From contig CAVSCK010000003.1 in the NCBI GenBank assembly GCA_963726455.1, forward strand, positions 352,001 to 416,000: 64,000 nt of DNA, read 5' to 3'. A program made the translations under genes and the position numbers. This document shows, piece by piece, positions 29,857-40,411 of the stretch; position 1 is the stretch's first letter; each line of letters begins with the position of its first letter. Below the pieces are notes generated by a model. The model saw only the letters and a list, made by a program, of their open reading frames with translations, did not search any database and had not been told where the DNA came from. This stretch comes from an uncultured bacterium (GTDB lineage Bacteria; Zixibacteria; MSB-5A5; CAIYYT01).

Positions 29857-31116
29857 CTATTTCTTTTCGCACTTGGCGTTGGCCTCTTCGTAGGCCTTGG
29901 TATCTTTCAACTTGGCATACACCAGCGCCAGCTGGCACCAACAATCCTTGTTGTCGGGCTTTTCTTCGACGCACTTTGTGTAGGCCTCCTTGGCTTCACC
30001 CAGTTTATCGGTCAGCAGTGCGGCGTAACCATACCAGTTCCAATACTCGGGCTCTGTCTTAATGGCCTCGGCAGCGAACTTGAAATCGGGCAGCGCTCGC
30101 TGATAGAACCCGAGCCGGTACGCCACCAGGTTGGCACGAGCTTGTTCAAGCGCCTTATCGTTCGGGCGCAGGTTAATGAGACTATCGAGTGTCCTCGCTG
30201 AATCGGCAATGGATTTCCCGGCGGCTTTGCGCACTATGAGAACGCCGCGCTGATAGTGAATCTCGGCGTTCTGTGGATTGGCTTCGAGAATTCGGTCCAG
30301 TACCTTCTCGAGTTTGTCCTCTTCCTTGAGTGCCTGATAGCACATGGCCTCGTTAATCAGCGCCGCCTCACGATTCAGGGTGTCCGCCACCGCGAAGGCA
30401 TCATAATACACGGCCGCAGAATCGTACTGCTGCAGCGAAAAGTAGGTGGTACCCAGCGTAAAGAGTATTTGCTGATCCTTGGGGTTTAGCTGGTGAGATT
30501 TGGCATACATTTCCAGCGCTTTCTGGGTGTTGCCCTTCTTGGTTTCCACCAGCCCCAAATTGGTGTAGACAAACGCCACCGTGTCATCGATCTGCAGGCA
30601 ATCGCTAAACAAGCTCTCTGCCTTGTCAAATAACGCTTGTGCATTCTTTTGCTTAAGCGCTTTGGCGCTATCGTCAGGCATGGACGAGGCTTCATTGGAC
30701 AAGGAGTCTGCTATCTTCAGTTGCGCGACCCCCTCATCGAAACTTTTCTTCAGCGCCGACAAACGCAGATTATTGACCTGCTCGGGCATTTTGTTGGCCT
30801 CGCAGGCCTTGATCAGCTTCTTGTCGCCGGATGCCTTGGCCTTGGCGTAGATTTCCTCATACTTCTTGATGTGAACCATCATTTCCTTGTACTGCGCCTT
30901 GTCGAAATAGATGGTGCTGATGAGCGATTGGGCCTCGGGCTGATCGGGGTAGTTGTTGACCGCCGAATCGAGAAACTGCTTGGCTCGCTCCGAGTCCTTA
31001 GTGCCCATATAGATTTTGGCAGACCGGATCAGAACGTCGTAAGGCGCCGACTTCTGCTGGGCGTAAGCCACAGCCGCGAAAGAGATTACGAACAGGATGA
31101 TTGCTATTTTTTTCAT
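29857..31116 (-). CDS. Exported tetratricopeptide-repeat protein
   Basis: Signal peptide (AYA|QQ); repeated TPR signatures (YTNLG...A...Y...LNP). Confidence 0.85.
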   Translation of the reverse strand: MKKIAIILFVISFAAVAYAQQKSAPYDVLIRSAKIYMGTKDSERAKQFLDSAVNNYPDQPEAQSLISTIYFDKAQYKEMMVHIKKYEEIYAKAKASGDKKLIKACEANKMPEQVNNLRLSALKKSFDEGVAQLKIADSLSNEASSMPDDSAKALKQKNAQALFDKAESLFSDCLQIDDTVAFVYTNLGLVETKKGNTQKALEMYAKSHQLNPKDQQILFTLGTTYFSLQQYDSAAVYYDAFAVADTLNREAALINEAMCYQALKEEDKLEKVLDRILEANPQNAEIHYQRGVLIVRKAAGKSIADSARTLDSLINLRPNDKALEQARANLVAYRLGFYQRALPDFKFAAEAIKTEPEYWNWYGYAALLTDKLGEAKEAYTKCVEEKPDNKDCWCQLALVYAKLKDTKAYEEANAKCEKK

Positions 31117-31199
31117 CGGAAAACCTTCCTCTTAAGTGAACGCATTCACAAATTCAGCGCCTAAACTAATAAACTGCCAATTCCAAGTCAAAGAAAATG

Positions 31200-32549
31200 T
31201 CACATGGTTATCCGCACCCGAAACTTCAACACCGCTTCGCCATCTTTGGCAACCGGCACAGTGAACTCCATTTGCCGGGCGCTCTTCTTTACCCAATTGA
31301 AATTGCTTTCCAACACATCCCAGTCGCCCCACAGATTATACAAAGCACTGACCGTGACGTCCTCTTTTTTGTGGTTGCGGAGCTTGACCTGCATGGTCAG
31401 TTCCTGGACGCGGTCGGAGATGCGCTTGGTGTCGAGAGTCGTGGTTTCGCCGACGACATCGAAAGCGTTGCCAACTTTGATCTCGACTTCTTCATCTTTC
31501 GGCGTGTGATCGATTTGGTCCTCGCCGAGGAATTCCTCTGAGCCATCAGTGTCCGCCTTGGTCAGCCGAATCTTGCCGGCAGGCAGAGGCATGCCGAGAT
31601 CGTTGGCCTCCGAGTTCTTGAAGCTGACGGCAACGTTGACGTCCTTGTTGCCGTCGGCAATGGTATAGCGGTAGAGTTTTTTGATCGGGGTCGTAGCCGG
31701 TTCGAACAAGCTGACCTGTTTGGTTTCGTTGTCGGCGATAGTGGTCGGACGACCGAGCGTGTACATGTGATATTCGAAAAAGGTTTTCTCTTCAAAGCCG
31801 CGTGCTGCCGTTGCCATATCCATTTGCGCGCCTTTGGCGTACATAACCGGCGGCTGCGGTTGGACGCGGTTTATGTCGCCGGCGACCAGTTTGAGTTTGG
31901 CGTCGCGGTAAGTTTTGCCCGACTTGTTGTCCAGCGAGACCCAGCCCGAAAGTTGCAGTTTGGTGTCGTTGGCATCGAGCAGCGCGATGTATTCAGCATG
32001 CCAGTTGATGTTGCTGGTCAGGTAGCTGATTTCGGCGTCGCGCTTGCCGGCGACATCGCTGGAAATCAGCCATTGAAGCGTCGGGACAACAATCAGCCCT
32101 TCCGGGAGTTTTGGCGCCGTGACCGACAGAAGTTCTTTGTCATTGATCAGGCGGACCGCGCCATCCGGAAGTTGGAGAACGATGTAGTCGCCCGACGATG
32201 AGAGATACTTCCCTTTCAGGACGTCGCCGTTCTTCATGATGATGTCGATATCGTTGCCGAGATATTTTTGCAGAACTTTGTCGGATGAGACCAGATCGTA
32301 CTGATAATTCTGCTCCAGAAGCTGAATCTTGTCGCCGCTGTTGCGCAGTTTGAAATGCACTGATGTGGGGTCGATGTATGCCGCGACATCGGTCAGACTG
32401 AGACTGTTGACGCCCTTCTGGAAATCGAGCGTTCGGCCTTCCTTGACCAGCGCGAGGTTCTGGTTGTAGACGGTGATAGCCACATCGTCGGCCAGAGCGG
32501 TACCGGCCAGACCGGCGATGAGTAAAGCGGTAATGATCGGGGTTTTCAT
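31200..32549 (-). CDS. DUF4139 domain-containing exported protein
   Basis: Start reassigned to ATG 32549 after AAGGAGG; ITVYNQNLALV, LEQNYQYDL, ISYLT..INWHAEY, FEYHMYTL, GMPLPAG, FLGEDQIDHTP. Confidence 0.88.
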   Translation of the reverse strand: MKTPIITALLIAGLAGTALADDVAITVYNQNLALVKEGRTLDFQKGVNSLSLTDVAAYIDPTSVHFKLRNSGDKIQLLEQNYQYDLVSSDKVLQKYLGNDIDIIMKNGDVLKGKYLSSSGDYIVLQLPDGAVRLINDKELLSVTAPKLPEGLIVVPTLQWLISSDVAGKRDAEISYLTSNINWHAEYIALLDANDTKLQLSGWVSLDNKSGKTYRDAKLKLVAGDINRVQPQPPVMYAKGAQMDMATAARGFEEKTFFEYHMYTLGRPTTIADNETKQVSLFEPATTPIKKLYRYTIADGNKDVNVAVSFKNSEANDLGMPLPAGKIRLTKADTDGSEEFLGEDQIDHTPKDEEVEIKVGNAFDVVGETTTLDTKRISDRVQELTMQVKLRNHKKEDVTVSALYNLWGDWDVLESNFNWVKKSARQMEFTVPVAKDGEAVLKFRVRITM

Positions 32550-32680
32550 CTTGTTCCTCCTTCGTGACGGGCGTGGAGACCACACCCCTGCGCGGCATGC
32601 GTGTATGCCGAGTAATCTATAAGGAATACAAATGGAGAGGGCAAGGTATTCCAGAGGGGAAAACGGGTGGCGAAAGAGGC

Positions 32681-33856
32681 CTAAAGCTTCTCGGCGCCGG
32701 CGACTTCGGGGACGTGTTTGCGCCGGGATTTGGGCGGTTTGACGAACAACGAGAAGATGGCGTCGGCCAGGACGATCACCGCGCCCATCAGGAAGGTGTT
32801 GCGGAATCCCAATGTGTCCCACATGACGCCACCGGCGATGGGAATGACGACGGCCGCGATATGGTTCATGGTCAGGCCGATGGAAAGCGCGCTGGTCAGG
32901 TCCTGTTTGGGCGCGATCTTACGGATGAACGAGTTGAGCGCGACGGAGGAACCGAACAGGACGCTGTCGAGAATGAAGAAGCCGAGCAGCACATATAATG
33001 AGACGACGTAGGCGTATCCGGCGAAGATGAAGATCAGAACGAATGAGGTGAAGGCCAGCATGAAGCGTTCGCCGAGCTGTTCGGTCAGGTTGCCGAGTTT
33101 CTTGTTCGTCCAGATCGTGATGGCGGAGGTTGCCAGGAACAGCAGAGCGGTGTATTCGATCTTGAGTTTGTAGTTGGCTACCAACAGGAAAATCGCAAAC
33201 GTCGAGAACATGTGACGGCGGCAGCCGCGCAGGAAGGAAATCACGTAGTACAGCCAGTATTCTTTCTTCATCGTAAAGCTGCCGGTGTCGGTAATCTTGC
33301 GGTTGTCCTTGAACACGAATGACAGCGCGATTCCCGCCACGACAAAGCCAACGCCGGCGGACACGAGAATCAGGCGATAGCCGAGCACGAAGCTGAACAG
33401 AAAGACAATCATCGTTCCGGCAACACCGGCGACGGCCTCCCAACTGGCCATGACTCCCTGCAGGCGTCCCGATTCGTGGCCGCGAATGTAGTTCAACAAG
33501 AGCGACTGGTTGGCGCTGACGAAATAGTGAAAGCCGGTGGACATGATGAAGGTGCCAACGCCGAGCATCCAGATGTTGGTGGCGGTGCCGGCGATGATCA
33601 GTCCGAGTCCGTTGATGGCAATGCAGATCGTGGAGATGCGCACTTCGGAGGCAAACAGCGCCAGCAGTCCGACGCCGAAGCCGAGCAGGCCGGGGACTTC
33701 CCTCACCGCCTGAATAATGCCGATTTGGGACGCCGTGGCGCCGAAAGTCTCGCGGCTGAAATTATTGAAGAGCACCTGCCAGATGGCGAACGCGAAAAAT
33801 GTCAGGAAGTCGATGGCGACAATGCCACGGAAACCGACGCGGCGGGTTTGTAGCAT
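32681..33856 (-). CDS. MFS transporter
   Basis: About 12 hydrophobic segments; REVPGLL, GCRRHMFSTFA, TMNHIAAV. Confidence 0.85.
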   Translation of the reverse strand: MLQTRRVGFRGIVAIDFLTFFAFAIWQVLFNNFSRETFGATASQIGIIQAVREVPGLLGFGVGLLALFASEVRISTICIAINGLGLIIAGTATNIWMLGVGTFIMSTGFHYFVSANQSLLLNYIRGHESGRLQGVMASWEAVAGVAGTMIVFLFSFVLGYRLILVSAGVGFVVAGIALSFVFKDNRKITDTGSFTMKKEYWLYYVISFLRGCRRHMFSTFAIFLLVANYKLKIEYTALLFLATSAITIWTNKKLGNLTEQLGERFMLAFTSFVLIFIFAGYAYVVSLYVLLGFFILDSVLFGSSVALNSFIRKIAPKQDLTSALSIGLTMNHIAAVVIPIAGGVMWDTLGFRNTFLMGAVIVLADAIFSLFVKPPKSRRKHVPEVAGAEKL

Positions 33857-33921
33857 TGGATCATGTAATGGATTATTGGCGGGGGAGCAACTGGTTTTTG
33901 GCGTGTCCTTCCGCGCGGCGT

Positions 33922-33946
33922 GTCATTCCCGCGCAGGCGGGAATCC
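33922..33946. repeat. ATTCCC-N8-GGGAAT palindromic element (dRS3-like core)
   Basis: GTCATTCCCGCGCAGGCGGGAATCC in intergenic DNA. Confidence 0.7.
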
Positions 33947-34309
33947 AGGCCTGACCTGTGAGCGGCGTACGTCCTCGTGCGCCGCAGACGCCCACAATGG
34001 GCTAGACTACAGGGCTAGTCGGCGAGTCAAGCGTTGTGGCAAAAGAGTTTCTATCTAGCTGACTTATAAATGTCGGGTTTCTCGCCGTGTGGATGTGATT
34101 AATGGTACTGAAAGGACTGACGTCATTCATCAGCAATGGGAATTGCCATGATAGTGAACGGCTCGGAACCCGACCTACGGAACTGACAGATTCTGACAGT
34201 GGCACCCTCCTGTATTGTGCGTTTCGGAAAGAAAAAAGAAGCAAAACCACATTTTTCATTTGACATTTTGGCGCTTCCAACGTTTCTATTAGTGTTCAAG
34301 ATCAGTAGC

Positions 34310-35322
34310 ATGTCACAGGAGATATTTTCGGTGGGCAAGATTAGTTCACGTATTGGTCTTCGAAGATTGTGTTTGACCGTAACAGTGCTTCTCTGCTGTT
34401 TACAAACGGCGTCCTGCCAAGACTCCAAGCGTGTCATCAACCCGGAACCCAATTGGCGCGTTACCTACCGTGACATCCTACCCGTCTGGTCACCTGACGG
34501 ATCCAAGATACTGTACTATCACGATGACCCGGATTCCCAAGTTGCCGCTTGGTGTTTGTACGACGTGGCCACTGGCAAGAGTGAAATGCTCGACTATCCC
34601 ATGCTGATCAGGGAGCCAAGTTGGTCGCCCGACGGTCGGTGGCTCGCCTTCGGGTGGAACCGGCAAATCTTTGCCATGAAGTTGAACGGAGATAGTCTCA
34701 GGCAACTGACATTCAACGAGAATGGCAATTTCTTCGCCAGTTGGTCGCCTTGCGGATCACTGATCGCTTACAGCCAGTCGGGAGGGGTTGATCGGGGCCT
34801 ATGGCTGGTCGATTTTGCCACTGGCAGGCGTAAACTTATCAGTCTGTTTGGGGACGGACTGGCAGTTGGAACTCAAGATGTGACTCGTTGTGCTTTGTGA
34901 GTCATAAGTTCCCGTCCGGCGGAGGCGGACAAGTCGCCATAACGATACAGTCGGCTCACCCGATAGTTCTGTTTCCCGAGGAATTACAGATTACTAGCAA
35001 CACTTGCTTCAAGCGAAGCGTAACGATGTCTCCTGCTGGTGACAAGATAGTAATCGTTCAGCAATGCGGTGACGAACCGTCGAACCTTTGGATAATCAAT
35101 CCAGACGGAAGCGGACTCACTCGCCTGACCACGAAAGGAGGTGAATATCCCGATTTCTCGCCGGATGGCCAGTGGATCGTCTATTCGAATACGGCCGAAG
35201 GGGATGGCTGGCTTTGGCTCATGCGGCCCGACGGTAGTGACCGGCGGCAACTGACATTCCCTAGTACGACAAGTCACTTTGTACCCCACCCAAAGCTTTG
35301 CGTCGGGTGGGTTTTTCTTTGA
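34310..35322 (+). CDS. TolB-like (PD40) beta-propeller, possible lipoprotein; frameshift near 34860
   Basis: Possible lipobox TASC; PVWSPDG, PSWSPDG, ASWSPCG, MSPAGD, PDFSPDG repeats over ORFs 34199..34900 and 34888..35322. Start and stop uncertain. Confidence 0.75.
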
Positions 35323-35637
35323 ACCGATCCTCCTGTAACTATCACCCACACCATCATCGGCTGTAACTACACCGAATGATTTCTGAAAAATATTTTCACT
35401 TTAATTTCCACAACAAACGACTGCTATTTTCCACCTTCTGCGTCGTTCTGTAATTCCATCTTTCCTCTCCCCCAACCACTTACCCGACGTCGTCGCCTGC
35501 CCGTCACTCTTCCTCGCTGCCGCGTCTGCGACGTCGTTATTCCCTCGAAAGGAAATATTGAAAAGGCTCGCTCAAATCATCGCGAAGTATGTGCGTGGTA
35601 GTCCGCGTCCATCGCAGCCATCCGCTCGAACGTTGAA

Positions 35638-35663
35638 TGAAACAAAAACGTTTTGAGAACGTC
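35638..35663 (+). promoter_or_regulatory. Putative ECF-sigma promoter
   Basis: TGAAAC-N16-CGTC about 70 nt upstream of the AAGGAGG-preceded ATG at 35734. Confidence 0.55.
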
Positions 35664-35733
35664 CTCATATATAAACATCTGATCGCGCGCCATCCGGCTG
35701 CGTCAATTCACGATCGTTAAAGGAGGATCCCGC

Positions 35734-37220
35734 ATGAAAAGAGCTATTGGACTTTTTGTGATGCTGGCACTGTTGTCGGTTTCGGCGGTGTCGCAGGCGG
35801 AAAACACCCGCGCTGCCGATTCGGTGGCTATCCGACAAGCGCTGCTCGATTTCGCGGAGGGCTATTTTTCGGGGGATGTCGCGCGCGTGGAGCGGGCAAT
35901 TCATCAGGATATCAACCGTTGCACACCGCGCGATCTGCCGCAGACCGGACGTACCGCCACGAATTACAGCACCTACTCGGCACTGATCGAGAATACGCGC
36001 GCCAAAGCCGCCGCCCTGGATGACACCGCCAGACATATCCAGGTGCAGATACTGGACATCGACAGCAACGTCGCGAATGCGAAATTGCTGTCGGCAGCCT
36101 TCGCGGACTACCTGCAACTGGTCAAACTGGACGGTCAGTGGAAAATCATCAACGGCCTCTCGGCTCCCGGGACCAGCCAGCCGCCCCGCATGAAAGACTT
36201 CAAACCGGAGGATGAACGCGCGGCGATTGAGCGCACGGCACTGGACTATCTCAACGGCCTCTACGCGACCGACGCCATGCGCCTCGACCTGACCATCGAT
36301 CCCGAATTCAGCAGGATCGCTTTGGCAACGCTGCCACAGACCGGCAAAACGGGCATCAGACGGCAACGCTCCGAGACGATGATCGAAAATGCGCTGGCTC
36401 ACGTGGGTAAGCAGGACGAGGAATACCGCAAGTTCAGCGGCGCGCATCCTGGACATCGGCGATGGCCTCGCTGTCGTCCGGGCGGATGCCCTGACCAGCA
36501 TCGACTACCTGCAACTGTACCAGGCCGGCGGCCAGTGGCGAATTCTCAACAGCATCGTCAAGCCCAGAACTGATCTGACCCTTGCCGGGGCGATGACGGT
36601 GACCGCCGGTGATCCGATGCCTGATTTTACGCTGCCGATCTATGGCGGCGGAGAGTTTACGCTGTCGAAGTATCTCGGCAAAAATGTCCTGCTCATGTTT
36701 CCGCGTGGCTGGGTAGGTACTGCCTGGTGTTCGTACTGTCCCTACCAGTATCTGGAGCTGGAACGACGGATCAAGGAATCTGACCTGAAGTCCAAATACA
36801 ATCTCGAGGTCGCGTTTGTTATGCCCTATGGCGATGACAGAGTGAAGAACTGGCTGGAAACCATGCCGCAGGCGATGAACCAGGTCGAGACAATCAAGAA
36901 TCCGCAGCCGCAACCACCTGCCGGATCAGTGCAGGCCGAGTATGCCGCCTGGGCGCGCAAGACGTGTCCGATCAAGTTTGATGTCAAAAAGGATGATCCA
37001 CATACGACGATCCCGGTTCTCACGGATCAGGACCGAACGTTGTCGCGCCAGATCAAGATCTTCACGAGTTTCTGGGACGGCGCCTCTTCCGAGCAGAATC
37101 GTGCAACGGTTTTGGTCATTGACAAGAATGGTGTACTGCAACTCAAGTACGTGGGACAAATGACTGAGGATCGCCCGAGTCTCGGACTATATCCTGAATT
37201 TCATTGAGCGGATGGAGTAG
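35734..37220 (+). CDS. Exported fusion: two NTF2-like (putative lumazine-binding) domains + AhpC/TSA-type redoxin; frameshifts ~36435 and ~37184
   Basis: AIRQALLDFAEG...DYLQLVKLDGQWKIIN and AIERTALDYLNG...DYLQLYQAGGQWRILN repeats; AGDPMPDFTLP...WCSYC...VIDKNG; corrected end LDYILNFIERME* at 37220. Confidence 0.72.
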
Positions 37221-37276
37221 TCGTGTAGGTGGGGTTCCGTCGGTCACAACCGCTTCGGTCTTGACTTTGTGTTGTT

Positions 37277-37411
37277 GTGTCAGGTCCTGCGCACGACGAA
37301 GTCGGGCGTGTGACCTGACACGAGTGAAGTAAGTCAGGCCGTCAGGTCACACGCCGCGAAAACACGCGCTGGCAGAGGAAACTGGAAACGGCGCGGCGCA
37401 GGACCTGACGG
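37277..37411. repeat. Inverted doublet of palindromic elements (REPIN-like)
   Basis: GTCAGGTC-CTGCGC...GGCGTGT-GACCTGAC (37277-37321) and its inverted copy GTCAGGTC-ACACGCC...GCGCAG-GACCTGAC (37339-37411) with a longer loop. Confidence 0.75.
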
Positions 37412-37524
37412 AACGAAAAAGGTCGGGTTTGTCACATGTGATTGACCTCGCAGCCAATTTGCTCTCACGCCGTTTTTTGTTTCTTAGCCATGCAAGTCAA
37501 ATCCGCTTCATTTTTCGCGCGTGA

Positions 37525-37547
37525 GGCGCACTGCCGTGCGTCGCTAC
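37525..37547 (-). repeat. GTAG-type REP, copy 1
   Basis: Minus strand GTAGCGACGCACGGCAGTGCGCC; near-identical copy at 63475-63496. Confidence 0.7.
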
Positions 37548-37598
37548 GTTGGATTGATGGCTTGTGTGGCGAACCCACCCTTGAGGGTGAGGGACCGG

Positions 37599-40282
37599 TT
37601 ACCATCCCATGAGTTGTTCGAGGTTGGTGTTGATCTTCTCGACCATTTCCTCGTATTCGTGCTTTTTGGCTTCCTGTTGATCGACGACTTCGCGCGGGAG
37701 CATTATTGATGAACTCGTGATTGGCGAGTTTCTTGCGCGTCTTCTCCAAGCAGTCCGGTGATGTTTTCCAGTTCCTTGTTGAGACGCTGGCGCTCGAGAT
37801 CGACGTCAATCAGGCCGGCGAGCGGAATGTAGATTTCGACTCAGGGGATAACGCCCGATGCCGACAGCGGCGGCTTTTGGAGGTCTTCACCGAGGGACAA
37901 GTTTCTCGATCTTGCCGAGATTGATCAGATAGCCCTGATTGTTCTGCAGCGTTTCGAGCAATTTGGCGTCGCTGATCTTGAGATGCACCTCGGCGCGTTT
38001 GCCCGGCGGCACATTCATTTCATGGCGGATATTGCGGATGGCGTAGACGACACGCTGCAACTTGTCCATCATCTCTTCGAGTTCGATATCAATCAGCTTG
38101 TCATTGTAGTCCGGGAATTTCTCGTGCATGATCGTGCGATCGCCCGGCTCCAGATGATGCAGCAGATGCCAGATTTCCTCGGTGATAAACGGCGCGAAGG
38201 GATGGAGCAGTAACAGGATGTTATTCAGAACATATCCGGTGACGTTCTTGGCGAGCGTCTTGTCGGCCGGGTCGCCCTCGTTGTAGAGGCGCGTTTTGAC
38301 CAGCTCGATGTACCAGTCGCAGTAGTCGTGCCAGGTGAAATCATAAAGCAGTCTTGGCGGCCGTGGTGAACCGGAAGCCGTGAAGCTGCTCGCTGTATTT
38401 CTTGATAGTTTCGTTCAAGACGCGACAGAATCCAGCGATCCATCAGCGGCAATTCGCCCTTGTAGTCGATCGACGGCCAGGTTTTGCTCGCTGATGTCAT
38501 CGCCGAGGTTCATCAGGATGAAGCGCGACGCATTCCAGAGTTTGTTGCAGAAATTGCGCCCGAGCTCGAAGGTGTTCATCGCGATGTTGGGGTCCTGTCC
38601 TTCGGGGGTTGACAGAATCAGCGACAGGCGCAGCTGAATCGGCGCCGTGTTTGCCGATGACTTCCAGCGGATCGATGCCGTTGCCGAGCGACTTGGACAT
38701 TTTGCGTCCCTGCGAATCACGGACGGTGCCGTGAATGTAGACATCATCGAAAACCAGTTTGCCAGTGAATTCGTAGCCGGCCATGACCATGCGCGCGACC
38801 CAGAGGAAGATGATTTCGCTGGCGGTGAAAAGCGAACGCGTCGGATAGAAGCGCTTGAGGTCGTCAGTTTGCTGCGGCCAGCCGAAAGTTGAGAAGGGCC
38901 AGAGCCACGACGAAAACCAGGTATCGAGAACGTCTTCTTCCTGACGGATCTCGGTGGCGCCACATTTGGTGCAAACCTTGGGCGCATCTTTGGCGACCAT
39001 CTCGTGGTTGCATTCCTGGCAATAGTAGACCGGAATACGATGTCCCCACCAGAGCTGGCGGGAGATACACCAGTCGCGGATGTTTTCCATCCAATAGAGA
39101 TAGGTCTTGGACCAGTGCTCGGGATGGAAGCTCAGCTTGCCGCTTTTGACCGCCTCGATCGCCGGCTTGGCCAGCGGTTTCATGCGGACAAACCATTGCT
39201 CTGAGAGATACGGTTCGACGACGGTGTTGCAGCGATAACAGGTGCCGGCAACGAGATCGTAGTCCTCGATCTTTTCCAGCAGATTCTTCTTTTCGAGTTC
39301 TTCCAGTACCGCTTTGCGTCGCGGCATAATCGATCCAGACCCTTGAACTTGCCGGCGTTTTCGTTGAGCGTGCCGTCAGGATTCAGGATGTTGATCTTTT
39401 CCAGATCGTGCCTTTGGCTCAGATCGAAGTCATTCGGATCATGCGCAGGAGTGATTTTGACGACGCCGGTGCCGAACTCGGGATCAACGTAGTCGTCGGC
39501 GACGATGACCAATTCGCGATCCAGAATCGGCAGGATGGCCGTCTTGCCAATATATTTCTGGTAGCGTTCGTCCTTGGGGTTGACCGCCAGAGCCGTGTCG
39601 CCGAGCATGGTTTCGGGACGCGTAGTGGCGCAGGTCAGATAGATGATCCTGACCTTTGAGCTTGTATCTTGATGTACCACAGCTTCGACTTGGAGGACTT
39701 GTATTCGACCTCGTCATCGGACAACGATGTCTGGCAGCGCGGACACCAGTTGACGATGTACTTGCCTTTGTAGATCAGCTTCTTTTCATAGAGATGGATG
39801 AACACTTCTTTGACGGCTTCGGATAGTTGCTCATCAAGAGTAAAGCGTGCACGCTGCCAGTCGCAGGCGCAGCCGATCTTCTGAAGCTGTGACAGGATTC
39901 GGTCTTTCTTGCCATTGACATAATCCCAGACGCGTTTGACGAATTCCTCGCGGCCGACTTCGCGGCGCGAAGTGCCTTCTTTAACCAGTAGCTTCTCGAC
40001 GACGACCTGAGTGGCAATGCCGGCATGGTCGGTTCCGGGTAGCCAGCAGGTTTCGTAGCCGCACATTTTCTGCCAGCGGATCATGATGTCCTGCAGCGTA
40101 TTATTGAGCGCGTGGCCTAGGTGCAGGATGTCGGTGGCGTTAGGCGGCGGTATGACTATCGAGTAAGTCGGCTTGGGAGAGGTTACGTCAGCGTGAAAAT
40201 ACCCTTTGGCAAGCCAGTCTTTGTAGATTCGATCTTCAATACCGGTAGGGTTATATTGTTTGGCAATGTTGTCGGCGTTCAT
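37599..40282 (-). CDS. valS: Valine--tRNA ligase, broken by roughly a dozen single-base indels
   Basis: [88 protein letters not shown]-terminal coiled coil ending LEQLMGW* (TAA 37599-37601). Confidence 0.95.
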
Positions 40283-40310
40283 CTTTTCCTTCTTCACAAA
40301 TGAGCTACAG

Positions 40311-40386
40311 AGTATAGTATTTGGCCCTTTGGACTGTCAAGCCGATATTAATATGGCTTGGAGCGCCTGCGGGCGGCGTCTATATT
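40311..40386. promoter_or_regulatory. Divergent sigma-70-type promoters for valS and mazG
   Basis: Minus: TTGACA (40340-40335)-N18-TATACT. Plus: TTGGAG (40358)-N17-TATATT (40381). Confidence 0.55.
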
Positions 40387-40411
40387 AGAACGCTATTAGT
40401 GATCGGCAGAT

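Noticed and set aside
31200-32822. 91-aa N-terminal extension of the DUF4139 ORF (likewise extended starts for rsmH, SxtJ-like and 49659..50621)
   Set aside because: Extensions overlap neighbouring genes or promoters; downstream starts have an SD, signal peptide or coupling.
34199-34216. TGGCAC upstream of the TolB-like gene as a sigma-54 promoter
   Set aside because: No GC at the required GG-N10-GC spacing.
37841-37843. In-frame TGA in valS as selenocysteine or recoded stop
   Set aside because: It lies in an indel-dense stretch (CCC-T-GA); TGA is used as a normal stop throughout the window.
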